A stretch of 64,000 nucleotides of DNA from a virus, in the IMG/VR virus record IMGVR_UViG_3300044729_003839, positions 32,001 through 96,000 of that record; one strand, written 5' to 3'. This document shows, one piece after another, positions 38,845-47,537 of the stretch (positions are counted from its first letter, which is position 1; every line of letters begins with the position of its first letter). Below the pieces are notes generated by a model. That model saw nothing but the letters and a program-made list of their open reading frames with translations, made no database searches and was not told the origin of the DNA. The position numbers and the translations under genes were made by a program.

Positions 38845-39559
38845 CCTGTTTTACAAATTCCGAGCGGACAATATCATCGATTTGGAATTCCACTGAACCG
38901 ACAAACTCGTCGAGTTTAGACAGTCTGTGAACCGCATCGCTCAGACCGTCCTTTCCAAATCTATTGGCTAAATCGCGCTGAATCACATCACCTAGTAACG
39001 CGATTGAACTGTAGTCACCGAGACGAGAAAGAATAGTCAGCACGCTATGCGCAGTGGCATTCTGCATCTCGTCCGCAATTACCATGCAACGGTGCAGCGA
39101 CCGACCTCTTAAATGTTCAATGGGCAAAAACTCGATAATCTTTTTATCAATCAAGTAATCCGCCTTCCCTTTCGCCATAAACACGCTTAACGCGTCCCTT
39201 AGCGATGCAATATGCGGCTCGAGCTTTTCCATTTCGTTGCCTGGCAAATAACCAATACCTTTTTCACCGGGCGTATCGACAATCGGTTTGATATAGTATA
39301 TTTTATCGATTTGCCGTTTTTGAAGTTTTTCGCAAGCAATGAAGACGGAGAGAAGTGTTTTAGCCGTCCCCGGGGGACCCGTTAAAATAGTAAGAGTTCG
39401 GCTTCGCAAATAATCCAAAGCTTCGCGCTGGCTGTCATTCGCAGGGTGGATCGTCCTGAGGCCGTCTCCCCGCCCTGCAGGGATCCCATAAGCAATTTCA
39501 TCGTATCCCGGCACCGATGACTCGGTGACCTTCTCTCGCCTCGTACGCGCTTTAGCCAT
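38810..39559 (-). CDS. phoH: PhoH-family ATPase
   Basis: GPPGTAKT Walker A, GYLPG, LRGRSL, IADEMQN, LSRLG, GDxxQxDL, DIVRS motifs; likely start ATG 39559 (MAKART). Confidence 0.95.
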   Translation of the reverse strand: MAKARTRREKVTESSVPGYDEIAYGIPAGRGDGLRTIHPANDSQREALDYLRSRTLTILTGPPGTAKTLLSVFIACEKLQKRQIDKIYYIKPIVDTPGEKGIGYLPGNEMEKLEPHIASLRDALSVFMAKGKADYLIDKKIIEFLPIEHLRGRSLHRCMVIADEMQNATAHSVLTILSRLGDYSSIALLGDVIQRDLANRFGKDGLSDAVHRLSKLDEFVGSVEFQIDDIVRSEFVKQVILSYRDLYES

Positions 39560-39576
39560 TGAGTTTTCCAGGTAAT

Positions 39577-39610
39577 AAAAAAGACGGGACACAAAGACTG
39601 TGTACCCGCC
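39577..39610 (-). terminator. Intrinsic terminator-like hairpin directly upstream of phoH
   Basis: Minus strand GGCGGG(T)ACACAG-TCT-TTGTGTCCCGTC followed by TTTTTT. Confidence 0.7.
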
Positions 39611-39663
39611 CAGGAGCTGATATATTTTGAACGGAGAACCATTCAGAGAAAAGCACCTACAAT

Positions 39664-39672
39664 GCTTTCACC
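39664..39672 (-). promoter_or_regulatory. Putative late promoter box GGTGAAAGC
   Basis: GGTGAAAGC-ATTGT-A overlapping the kinase stop codon. Confidence 0.65.
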
Positions 39673-40261
39673 TTTGTCTGAGGGGGATAGAAGGACAGTT
39701 GGTGAACACGTCTTTGTCGGTGTCGGGCCTGGGGAGGCTGAATACACAAGAACGGGGTATAAGGCTTTGGGCTTTGAAGAACTTCTCGGTATGTCCATAA
39801 TACCCGTTATGCTCGTTCATTCTCAACTCGAGTTGGGCGTTTATCCAGTACGTAGAGGCACGAGGATTATTGGCTCTAAGCTCGGTGATGTGCCGATCGA
39901 TAATGGTTTGATCCCAGCCCCGGCCCAAGATTACAACATCGACTCTTTCGCTCAAGTCGATCAAAATTGATTCAGGCTCGAGTGAGCAGATCGGGTTGAT
40001 AGGGGGCATTTGCCCCCTGCGCTCCTCGTAAAACAATGTGTCGGAGACGAAACGATCGATTAGGAGATAGTCTGGGGCCGGCAAAGGAATGTCTGTAAGC
40101 TTTTCCCTGAACTGTTCAACAGGAGAGCTATGTTCCGGCTTGATTCCTGAAAAGTGAAGAGTATGAACTAGGTATCCCGCGTTTTTTAAGTTAGACGCCG
40201 TCTTGTTAAGGAGAGAAGTTTTTCCAACCCGATCGGGCCCCAGGAAAATAATCGTGTGCAT
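39668..40261 (-). CDS. Thymidylate/dNMP kinase-like P-loop protein
   Basis: IIFLGPDRVGKTS P-loop and LIDRF..D...Y (dTMP-kinase DR motif); likely start ATG 40261. Confidence 0.75.
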   Translation of the reverse strand: MHTIIFLGPDRVGKTSLLNKTASNLKNAGYLVHTLHFSGIKPEHSSPVEQFREKLTDIPLPAPDYLLIDRFVSDTLFYEERRGQMPPINPICSLEPESILIDLSERVDVVILGRGWDQTIIDRHITELRANNPRASTYWINAQLELRMNEHNGYYGHTEKFFKAQSLIPRSCVFSLPRPDTDKDVFTNCPSIPLRQR

Positions 40262-40284
40262 TGCGGAGGGGAGAAGTCTCCCTA

Positions 40285-40293
40285 AGTCTAGCA
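40285..40293 (-). promoter_or_regulatory. Possible extended -10 sigma70-type promoter for the kinase
   Basis: TG-C-TAGACT about 25 nt before ATG 40261; no good -35. Confidence 0.35.
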
Positions 40294-40294
40294 C

Positions 40295-40303
40295 GTTGAA
40301 AGC
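40295..40303 (+). promoter_or_regulatory. Putative late promoter box GTTGAAAGC
   Basis: GTTGAAAGC-CCTAT-G before ATG 40324. Confidence 0.75.
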
Positions 40304-40323
40304 CCTATGAGACGATTATTTCA

Positions 40324-40647
40324 ATGCCTAGACCGAGATGGGGTGTTCGGTTTTCATCCGACCCGAACAAAACTAAAAGCTACGTGCAGTCGTTGTATGA
40401 CGATGATGCCGCCAATGTGAAACGCGGCGAGCTGTTTCTTAACGAGCCGAAGGCCCAGATCTTTTATGTCGGCGCGGATGGAGTTGCAAGACGTGTAGGC
40501 GAGCAGGACGTCGTCCCTTTCGCCCAAATCGATTTTACCGGCCTTAGGGAATTCGCTGACGATACCGCTGCCGCTGCCGCCACTCCTCCCGTCCCAGTCG
40601 GAGGCATGTACCGCACGGGAAGCGCCCTCAAGGTGCGGGTTTCTTAG
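40324..40647 (+). CDS. Small fibre/decoration protein
   Basis: GELFLN and FADDTAAAAA..VPVGGMYRTGSALKVR motifs seen in phage fibre proteins. Confidence 0.7.
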   Translation: MPRPRWGVRFSSDPNKTKSYVQSLYDDDAANVKRGELFLNEPKAQIFYVGADGVARRVGEQDVVPFAQIDFTGLREFADDTAAAAATPPVPVGGMYRTGSALKVRVS

Positions 40648-40655
40648 TTGAAAGC
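40647..40655 (+). promoter_or_regulatory. Putative late promoter box GTTGAAAGC
   Basis: Overlaps the upstream TAG; followed by TTAAA-G; ATG at 40682. Confidence 0.75.
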
Positions 40656-40681
40656 TTAAAGAATAGATTAAATCGCGTATT

Positions 40682-41413
40682 ATGGCTACAATCGCTAGAT
40701 TAAAAAGGCTTGTTGGCATCGAGTTTGAGTACAAAGCTTCGCTCGGAGATTTTTTTGCCACCGTCTTGCAGAATAAACTTGTCAACGAGTACGATCAGAC
40801 GGGGAACACCCCTGAAATTCGCTCGGAACTGCTGGAAAAATACAACACTTGCGGGCCTAGCATGGGCTTCTCGGCCAAGCAATTCGCGTATGGGGTCTTG
40901 GAACTGGTGGTGGACGCGTTGGTTGCGAATCCGGATGTTGTGACGGATCCGTACGAGAACCAGCTCAATGATCAGCTCGTGAATATTACAAGGTATGTGG
41001 GAATCGCTGGTGAGGGAGATTATCACTTTATGGTAGCAGTGTATAACCTTTCCGCAACGCTTTCTCAAATCACGCAGAACGTTATTCCTGTCGGTCCGCT
41101 TGTCGCCTTGGGTGACGTAATCGATGGCGGTGAGAACTACACGGTTGACGGTTTAGACGGAGGCGATGCGACCGGTGTTGTGTTCCGAGCTTATCTTGAA
41201 GTAGGCGAACAGAACGATCCTGCTCAGTACGAAGACGCCTCGCTCGAGGGGACGATTGTGGACGGTTCTGTGACCGAGATTACCGACATCCTGGACGGCG
41301 GTGACGGCTTTGCCGTCGGCGATATCTTGAGTCTGGAGATCGATACAACAGAACCCGGCCAGGGTGACGGTGAAGGATCCGGCGCGTTAGTTGTGGTTAT
41401 CGAAGTGGCATGA
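40682..41413 (+). CDS. Acidic virion structural protein
   Basis: IDGGENY and ILDGGDGFAVGDIL repeats. Confidence 0.65.
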   Translation: MATIARLKRLVGIEFEYKASLGDFFATVLQNKLVNEYDQTGNTPEIRSELLEKYNTCGPSMGFSAKQFAYGVLELVVDALVANPDVVTDPYENQLNDQLVNITRYVGIAGEGDYHFMVAVYNLSATLSQITQNVIPVGPLVALGDVIDGGENYTVDGLDGGDATGVVFRAYLEVGEQNDPAQYEDASLEGTIVDGSVTEITDILDGGDGFAVGDILSLEIDTTEPGQGDGEGSGALVVVIEVA

Positions 41414-41414
41414 A

Positions 41415-44400
41415 GTGCATAGCCTCTATCGTTGCAGGTGCCTGGTAGGTTATAGGCCGTTTTCTACCGGCGATCAGGAGATTATATGGTTCCCGGAAAG
41501 GCAGATTGCCGGGGTAACCTTGTCAATGAACTGGTCGCCTGATGCGTTGACCGCGAATGCCGAGACTTCAGTCCGGGGAGCAACGCAGTTTGTAAACGCC
41601 TTGTCCGGGTCGACAGTAAACGTCACGTTGTCCGACCCGTACATGACCGGGGCGTCTTGGGCGGTACTTTTTGACACGGCTGCAGCGTACACTGGCGAGC
41701 AGTTGGCAGCCGCGAATCATATCTTGCTGCCGAAGTGCGAAAAGGGCCAGGTATCGACTCGCGAAAGACCTTGCCGTCCGTACGAACAAAGCTCGGAATT
41801 TGAAGATCCGGGCATCAGCAAAGCTAGTTTTTCACAATTCGCTCATTTGGTTGTAATTTTCTATTACAATGTCGGCAGCAACGTCTTCAGCCTGGAGAGT
41901 TATTTTCGGGTAAACCGGTTCAATATCAGTCACGGGAAAACTTATCCCAAAGTGACGATTTCCGGGCTCGACCCTCAAACTATCGCTTTTAACCAGAATC
42001 TGGCGAACTTCCAGATGAAAGAGAACGAGACGTTGGAAGAGAATTTGAAGGAAATTGCGAAACAATACGGATACCGGGTGTCGTTTTGCAACTCGCCTGA
42101 AGCGAATTATGGCCAGAAATACATAATGCCTAGTGGGTTTAGAGAGAAGGCGGTTACAGGGGAAGAAGTCCTTAAGAAGTATATTGGCAGCGTAGGGGGA
42201 AATTATAGCAAATTACCTTTAAAAGAATACGCAAATAAGATTTCGATTTGCACCCGGGCCAATGTTAACCAGGGCTGCTCAATATTTTACTTGGGCAAAG
42301 GCCTTTACGAGTATTACAATATAAGCGGGTCGGTCGAACGTGATTTTCTGAATTCTAACGCTGAACTTGAGTTCAAGCGCGGCTTAGGTGTTGATTATGA
42401 CACCACCCCAATCGATGGAGAAGAATACACTTTAGAAGATACTTTCCCGGATAAGAGAAAGGCGAAGATGGCGAGTGTCAAAACGAGTCTCAAGCAGTTC
42501 CCCGAGCAGTTTACTGTCTTAAAAAAGAGGTTTCAAGTCAATCAGTCGACAAGCGGATATGTGTGGAGAGGTAACAGTCCGGCCGTTAAAAACACCAAGG
42601 TAGAGAATACGAACTTATATGGTATTGGTGTTAATGATAACGTTCCTATATCGTTTTTAGACGGACTTGTTGAGAACAGAACCTTTACGAAGGACGTTAA
42701 CGGTTCCCTATGGATTAATATACAGACAAACTACGTCCTTAAAGTGTGTGATAAGGCAAAGAAGTGTACGATCCGTCCTATTCATCAAGAGGTGGGTAAT
42801 TTACTGGCGATTCAAGGCGATTTGAAAAAGGGCAGTAAAGTTGCGATTAACCAGGTATTGGGAGAGTCGAATCCAGAGAAACTGCTACATACTCGATTCT
42901 ATATTCCAAAGTCATCGGCCGGTACTACTACTGTTACCCTCGAACCTTCGTTGGTGTGGAATTTCGCCATCCCGGCATTCGATCTTACAGACGAAGAGAA
43001 GAAAGAGGCTGGGATTAAAACTTTCGAGACGGGTCCGGGCCCAGCGCGGTCTACTGTAGGCAGAGTGGTCCCTGAAGCGCCTAAAGCAAGCCTTAAGAAT
43101 TGGAGGCCGACAGACGCAACTAAACCGAGCAAAGTGCTGGTAATGGCGGGGCACGCCGATGCTTCTGACACAGGGGCAGAGAATGAAAGAGCGTTGAACA
43201 TCGAACTTGTGAAATGGGCGCAGAGAAATGCTCAAGCGTATGGAGTGGCGGATTTTCTCGAGTTTTACTACCCACCGTCCCCCAATGCCAAGACTCAATT
43301 CAAGACGGCTTTTGATGCAGTTTCTGCCGGAAAGCAAGTGATCGAGATTCATAACGACGAGCCTAATGGCAGGTCGGGGGTAATTCCGCCCCTCGTCCCC
43401 GGCCCTAGGAGCGGGAGTAGCGGAGTACCGGCTGGAGCACGTCCCAACAAAATCAGGATCCTGGACGATACTTTAAGTTCGATTTACGGCGCTTTTGATA
43501 AGGACTGGAGGTCGAAACCAGGAGAGGCGCCATTAGGAATTCCGAACAGAGGCGGTACTATCCTCGAAGTGGGCAGAATGTCTGATGAAGTTAATAAAAT
43601 TGTCGAGTCGGGTACCCCGGCACAAAAGGAAGCGCTGTATAAACAGCTTATGGACCCGTTTATGAAGGCTGTGGCGGCAGAGAAGGCTAGGATGCCGGGA
43701 TCTGCGGCACCTGCTGCACCGCAACTCCCACCAGCCGCTTCCGCTCCTATAGGCCAATGCTTAGGTCAACTGGGCAACACAGGTAGCTCTAGTGGTCCCC
43801 ATCTCCACGTAGAATGGGCAGGAAGTAAAAAAGGTGCTTTTATAGACGAGTCCACTGTATCTAAATATGTTACAATTAGTGGGAGAAAAATAGGAACACC
43901 TGATGTTACTTCTAGATACCGCACATCAGACAGACCGAATCACAACGGTGTTGACATTGGTGGCGGAGAAGGTGCAAATTTAGGTTTGACTGGGGGGGCC
44001 AGATTTAACAGAGTAGTAGAAGCTAATTGTGGCAAAAGCACAGGGAGATATGACCGATGCGGGGGTGGATACGGAAATCATATTATTATCGATACCCCGG
44101 AAGGGCAACTTTTGATCGCTCACCTCAAAGAAGGCTCGTTGACCAACTGCTCAAATCAGCCCCAGACAAGCTCGTCATCTAGCTCTTCCGGCTCAAAGTA
44201 CGGCCAAGGCGTACAGAACTCCCCCACCCCTGTCGGCGTCACGGTAGAGACCGAGTTCAAAGGAATACCCCGCTCGTTAAGAATTGTTCCTGGCAGGACG
44301 ATCCTCGCGTTCGTAACCAAATACGATGAGTGGATTGAGAAGGGGCGGCCGAACAATATCGACCCCGGGGTCTGGATCCCTCAACGATTTTCAAAATGGT

Positions 44401-45218
44401 TCGTTAAAAGTGCTGAGTATAGGTGGGACGGAGACCTTAGGGTGAAGGTGACTGGGGTGAGTGATTGGGGTGTAGCAGTAAACAACGTTCCGGCTCCTCC
44501 CACCTTTGAAGACTACTTAGTTACGGAAAATTTCAAATACCGCGATTACTATGGGTATATCCGCTCGTTAGGAGATTTGTGCTGGAACCTGGGTAATGGC
44601 AAAACATCTTGCGACGAACTTTGTAAAGAGGCCGAGGAGGTGAGGGAGTTTTTACAACGTTCGAGAGAAACGGCTGAGGCGACAGAGGCGGCAGCGGCAA
44701 GTAATGTGACTAGCGAATTTCCTCCAGCAAATTGCAAGTATATAGGAAGTAAATACCCTGCAAGTCGGGTAAATGCGATCATTAACGCGGCACGACAAGG
44801 CGGTATAAACACTAAGGCGGGTTATGCGGGGGTTGTAGGCAATGCAATTATCGAGTCTAGGCAAGGAACTGAACTAAACCCAGCAGCGGACAACAAAAAT
44901 CCGCGATATCTCGACTCCCAAGGGAGAGGTTGTATAGGAATCTTTCAGTGGTGCGACAGAAAGAAAGGCTTGGATGATCTCGCACGCAGACTCGGTAAGC
45001 CCTGGCAAGATTTCGGTGTGCAAATGCAGTGGTTCGTCCAGGAGTTAAAAGGGGCAGACAGCGGGGGACCTGCAACCGTGCAAGCCCTCAACAGTACTAA
45101 CGACCCTAAAAAAGCTGCTTTTGAATTCAATAGGTTATTTGAAAGGGCTCCCGGTCAAAAAGAAACGGAAAGACAACAAGCCGCACAAGAAATATTCGAC
45201 CAGTTAGAGTGTCAATAA
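41415..45218 (+). CDS. Baseplate hub/tail lysin: hub region + amidase + permuted M23 + tail lysozyme
   Basis: VLVMAGH..E..LN..IEIHND..ILEVG (Amidase_3-like); GNTG.S.GPHLHVE and HNGVD..GGYGN..IAHL (M23); AGVVGN..IES..LNP..GIFQW..FERA (phage lysozyme 2). In-frame GTG at 41415 is the likely start. Confidence 0.8.
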   Translation: MHSLYRCRCLVGYRPFSTGDQEIIWFPERQIAGVTLSMNWSPDALTANAETSVRGATQFVNALSGSTVNVTLSDPYMTGASWAVLFDTAAAYTGEQLAAANHILLPKCEKGQVSTRERPCRPYEQSSEFEDPGISKASFSQFAHLVVIFYYNVGSNVFSLESYFRVNRFNISHGKTYPKVTISGLDPQTIAFNQNLANFQMKENETLEENLKEIAKQYGYRVSFCNSPEANYGQKYIMPSGFREKAVTGEEVLKKYIGSVGGNYSKLPLKEYANKISICTRANVNQGCSIFYLGKGLYEYYNISGSVERDFLNSNAELEFKRGLGVDYDTTPIDGEEYTLEDTFPDKRKAKMASVKTSLKQFPEQFTVLKKRFQVNQSTSGYVWRGNSPAVKNTKVENTNLYGIGVNDNVPISFLDGLVENRTFTKDVNGSLWINIQTNYVLKVCDKAKKCTIRPIHQEVGNLLAIQGDLKKGSKVAINQVLGESNPEKLLHTRFYIPKSSAGTTTVTLEPSLVWNFAIPAFDLTDEEKKEAGIKTFETGPGPARSTVGRVVPEAPKASLKNWRPTDATKPSKVLVMAGHADASDTGAENERALNIELVKWAQRNAQAYGVADFLEFYYPPSPNAKTQFKTAFDAVSAGKQVIEIHNDEPNGRSGVIPPLVPGPRSGSSGVPAGARPNKIRILDDTLSSIYGAFDKDWRSKPGEAPLGIPNRGGTILEVGRMSDEVNKIVESGTPAQKEALYKQLMDPFMKAVAAEKARMPGSAAPAAPQLPPAASAPIGQCLGQLGNTGSSSGPHLHVEWAGSKKGAFIDESTVSKYVTISGRKIGTPDVTSRYRTSDRPNHNGVDIGGGEGANLGLTGGARFNRVVEANCGKSTGRYDRCGGGYGNHIIIDTPEGQLLIAHLKEGSLTNCSNQPQTSSSSSSSGSKYGQGVQNSPTPVGVTVETEFKGIPRSLRIVPGRTILAFVTKYDEWIEKGRPNNIDPGVWIPQRFSKWFVKSAEYRWDGDLRVKVTGVSDWGVAVNNVPAPPTFEDYLVTENFKYRDYYGYIRSLGDLCWNLGNGKTSCDELCKEAEEVREFLQRSRETAEATEAAAASNVTSEFPPANCKYIGSKYPASRVNAIINAARQGGINTKAGYAGVVGNAIIESRQGTELNPAADNKNPRYLDSQGRGCIGIFQWCDRKKGLDDLARRLGKPWQDFGVQMQWFVQELKGADSGGPATVQALNSTNDPKKAAFEFNRLFERAPGQKETERQQAAQEIFDQLECQ

Positions 45219-45222
45219 CACC

Positions 45223-45741
45223 ATGTTGTTTCTAAAACCGCTTCTCGGACTGTTTTTCAAAGACGTGGTGCAAGACGCCGCAAAAAAATCCGTTCAAAAC
45301 TCTTTGAATGAACTGTCAAAAGAGCAGATAAGGCGTGAGTTTCTCCGCACAGTAGCCGAAGGCTACACCCGAGAAGTTGAGCACAACCTCTCACAATATG
45401 TACGCGCTTTAGGGGCCGCTTCGGTAACAATCGAAGCGGAGGGGGACTTGACAGGAGACAGGCTATTCTCCGCCCTACAAAGTTCGCTTAAAACCCTCGA
45501 AGTTGAGATCGAAAAGCAGGGGGAAAATTCTCCCATCGTCCAGTATTTAAAAAGACGGTATGGCGAGGAGCAAGACGTTTATGTAGGCAGAGAGTCCGTC
45601 TCCGTCGCCAGCATGTTTTCTCCGGGAGAATCCCGGCAACAAATATGGCTTAATAGGTCGGGCAATATCGAACTGCCTGAGTCAATATCCCGAGAAGTTG
45701 CTAACCTGCTCGATCAAATATTGTCCGAAGACTTGCCATAG
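45223..45741 (+). CDS. Hypothetical protein (172 aa)
   Basis: ATG 4 nt after the hub stop; helical composition. Confidence 0.65.
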   Translation: MLFLKPLLGLFFKDVVQDAAKKSVQNSLNELSKEQIRREFLRTVAEGYTREVEHNLSQYVRALGAASVTIEAEGDLTGDRLFSALQSSLKTLEVEIEKQGENSPIVQYLKRRYGEEQDVYVGRESVSVASMFSPGESRQQIWLNRSGNIELPESISREVANLLDQILSEDLP

Positions 45742-46430
45742 TACTTCGCACCTTTGATGATGTTTTCCCTCGGATCAAGCACCTGGTACTGTGCATTCAA
45801 AGCGTGGTAATCAAACCAGCTTTCTGACATCTTTGTGCAAGATAGACGACAAGTAACACCCACACATTTGACAGGTATTGTCTCTAGGTCTAGAGAATTG
45901 TCCCGGCACCATTCCTCGACAAGCCGTATAAACGGATAGACATGATCGACATGATACGCTCCGTGTATCGGCTTGCCTGTCAACGACGATTTAACAACAT
46001 TTTGACCCGAGACTCGTCTTTTATAAAGATCGATTTGCGGTTGGATAATATTTCTTAAGGCACGGATCGCGAGTTTTCTATTCTCCTTGGCCGGGTCGGG
46101 GGCATAAGTTCTCGGAAATATTTTCGACATTACATACGATTTTCCCACCCATACTTCGTACTTAGACGTGGGTGTCATCAAGACTACACCCTTGACTTTG
46201 CGGCCATTAAACTCTTTGCTTGTGAGCTTGAACTTGCACTGTCCAGGCCTTAGCAATATTTTCCTGAACCTTTCAATCTTGAGACAGATTTGCCTCATGA
46301 ACAGGGTGTCCTCTTCGTTAAAAAAGACACCCGTCTCATAAGATGAAGTAATAAATTTCCATCTTTCCGCGAACTGTTTTTTATTGTATTGCTGCTCGCC
46401 AATCTCCGTATATATCGACTTACCCATCAC
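45714..46430 (-). CDS. HNH-like (DCL/DUF3223-related) basic protein
   Basis: HVDHVYPF...WFDYH...NIIKG His-Me-finger-like motif; strongly basic. Confidence 0.55.
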   Translation of the reverse strand: MMGKSIYTEIGEQQYNKKQFAERWKFITSSYETGVFFNEEDTLFMRQICLKIERFRKILLRPGQCKFKLTSKEFNGRKVKGVVLMTPTSKYEVWVGKSYVMSKIFPRTYAPDPAKENRKLAIRALRNIIQPQIDLYKRRVSGQNVVKSSLTGKPIHGAYHVDHVYPFIRLVEEWCRDNSLDLETIPVKCVGVTCRLSCTKMSESWFDYHALNAQYQVLDPRENIIKGAKYYGKSSDNI

Positions 46431-47145
46431 TCATAAGTTTGCTAAGCAGCTCGTCCGTCTTCGCTGCAATCTTCTCCGCACTATTAATCCCCGGGTTCTT
46501 ACGGTAGATAGTTGACACAGCTCTTTTGTGAATGTAAACATCCATTAGAAATGTGTATTCTTCTGGGGAAAGTTTCGAAAGCCTACCTATAATATCCCCG
46601 TAATCGCTAAACATCGAGGCGAGATTATCGTCATCAATCCCCCCGTCATCAACTGGCATCTCCGTCTCCTCGTTAATCTCCAAATACGTCATTTGAAACG
46701 CCTCACGCGTCTCGGCTATAAGATGTTCGGTCAGGCCGGTAGCCTCAGATATCTGCGCGTCGGTCAGGTCTGGGCTCCTGCCAACAATCCTTCTCATCTT
46801 CATATAAGCGTCTGAATACGACCGTGGTATCTTGATCATTCGCGAGTTATCGCGCAAATAATTCAATAGCTGAAAAGTCAACGAGCGATTTAACCAAGTA
46901 CTGAAATTGGCTTTTTCCGGGTCCCACTTGTCATAAAGTTTGACCATTGCTTCAAGGGCAACAGACCTCAACTCATCAAATGGAACACCAGAAAACGATG
47001 CCACTTTTCTCGCGGCATAACTCGCTTTCCACATATTTTCCCGGATGTGAAAATCGCGAGTCCGCTCGTACTCCGTCTTCCTCCGATTATAATTATTCCT
47101 AAGCCTCTCCCTTCTCAGCTCGACATTAATACCTTGCGTGGTCAT
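46420..47145 (-). CDS. Phage-encoded sigma70-family sigma factor (SigF/FliA-like, group 3)
   Basis: Region 2: FDELRSVALEAMVKLYDKWDPEKANFSTW...LLNYLRD..RMIKIPR; region 3: TDAQISEATGL; region 4 degenerate. Confidence 0.88.
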   Translation of the reverse strand: MTTQGINVELRRERLRNNYNRRKTEYERTRDFHIRENMWKASYAARKVASFSGVPFDELRSVALEAMVKLYDKWDPEKANFSTWLNRSLTFQLLNYLRDNSRMIKIPRSYSDAYMKMRRIVGRSPDLTDAQISEATGLTEHLIAETREAFQMTYLEINEETEMPVDDGGIDDDNLASMFSDYGDIIGRLSKLSPEEYTFLMDVYIHKRAVSTIYRKNPGINSAEKIAAKTDELLSKLMSDG

Positions 47146-47477
47146 CAGGCTCTGCCTCCCCTAATCGAGTTGATCACGAAGCTTTTAAGTTGCGAAGCGG
47201 GCATAATGCCTTCACCGTTAAACCCGATCAAATCGCATTCTTCGTCAAAAACAGCGATTTCTGGAGTTCCTTGCCCGGAAGTTCCCGGCTTAAGAGACTC
47301 GAGAAATTCCCAGTTATCTTCAGTGACGTCGTATTCTCCCCAGCCCACACGCAGTTCTGGGTATTCTTCAGATACTTCTCCGGCCACTTGTCCCCAAATC
47401 GGTTTCATAGCTTCGCAAGCGGGGCATCCGGGCTGTACGAAGAGTACGACTTTTCTTAAAAAGGTCTCTTTTTCCAT
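47145..47477 (-). CDS. Thioredoxin-like protein
   Basis: CPAC active site (PGCPACEAMKP) and cis-Pro motif GTP; AGGAG RBS upstream. Confidence 0.85.
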   Translation of the reverse strand: MEKETFLRKVVLFVQPGCPACEAMKPIWGQVAGEVSEEYPELRVGWGEYDVTEDNWEFLESLKPGTSGQGTPEIAVFDEECDLIGFNGEGIMPASQLKSFVINSIRGGRA

Positions 47478-47507
47478 TGGATTAATCTCCTGAGTAATGG
47501 CTTAATA

Positions 47508-47537
47508 ATTTTAGCACTATAAATACTGAGTTGGCAA
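47508..47537 (-). promoter_or_regulatory. Host sigma70 (SigA)-type promoter for thioredoxin-sigma-HNH
   Basis: TTGCCA (47537-47532), 18-nt spacer ending TGC, TAAAAT (47513-47508): -35 plus extended -10. Confidence 0.7.
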
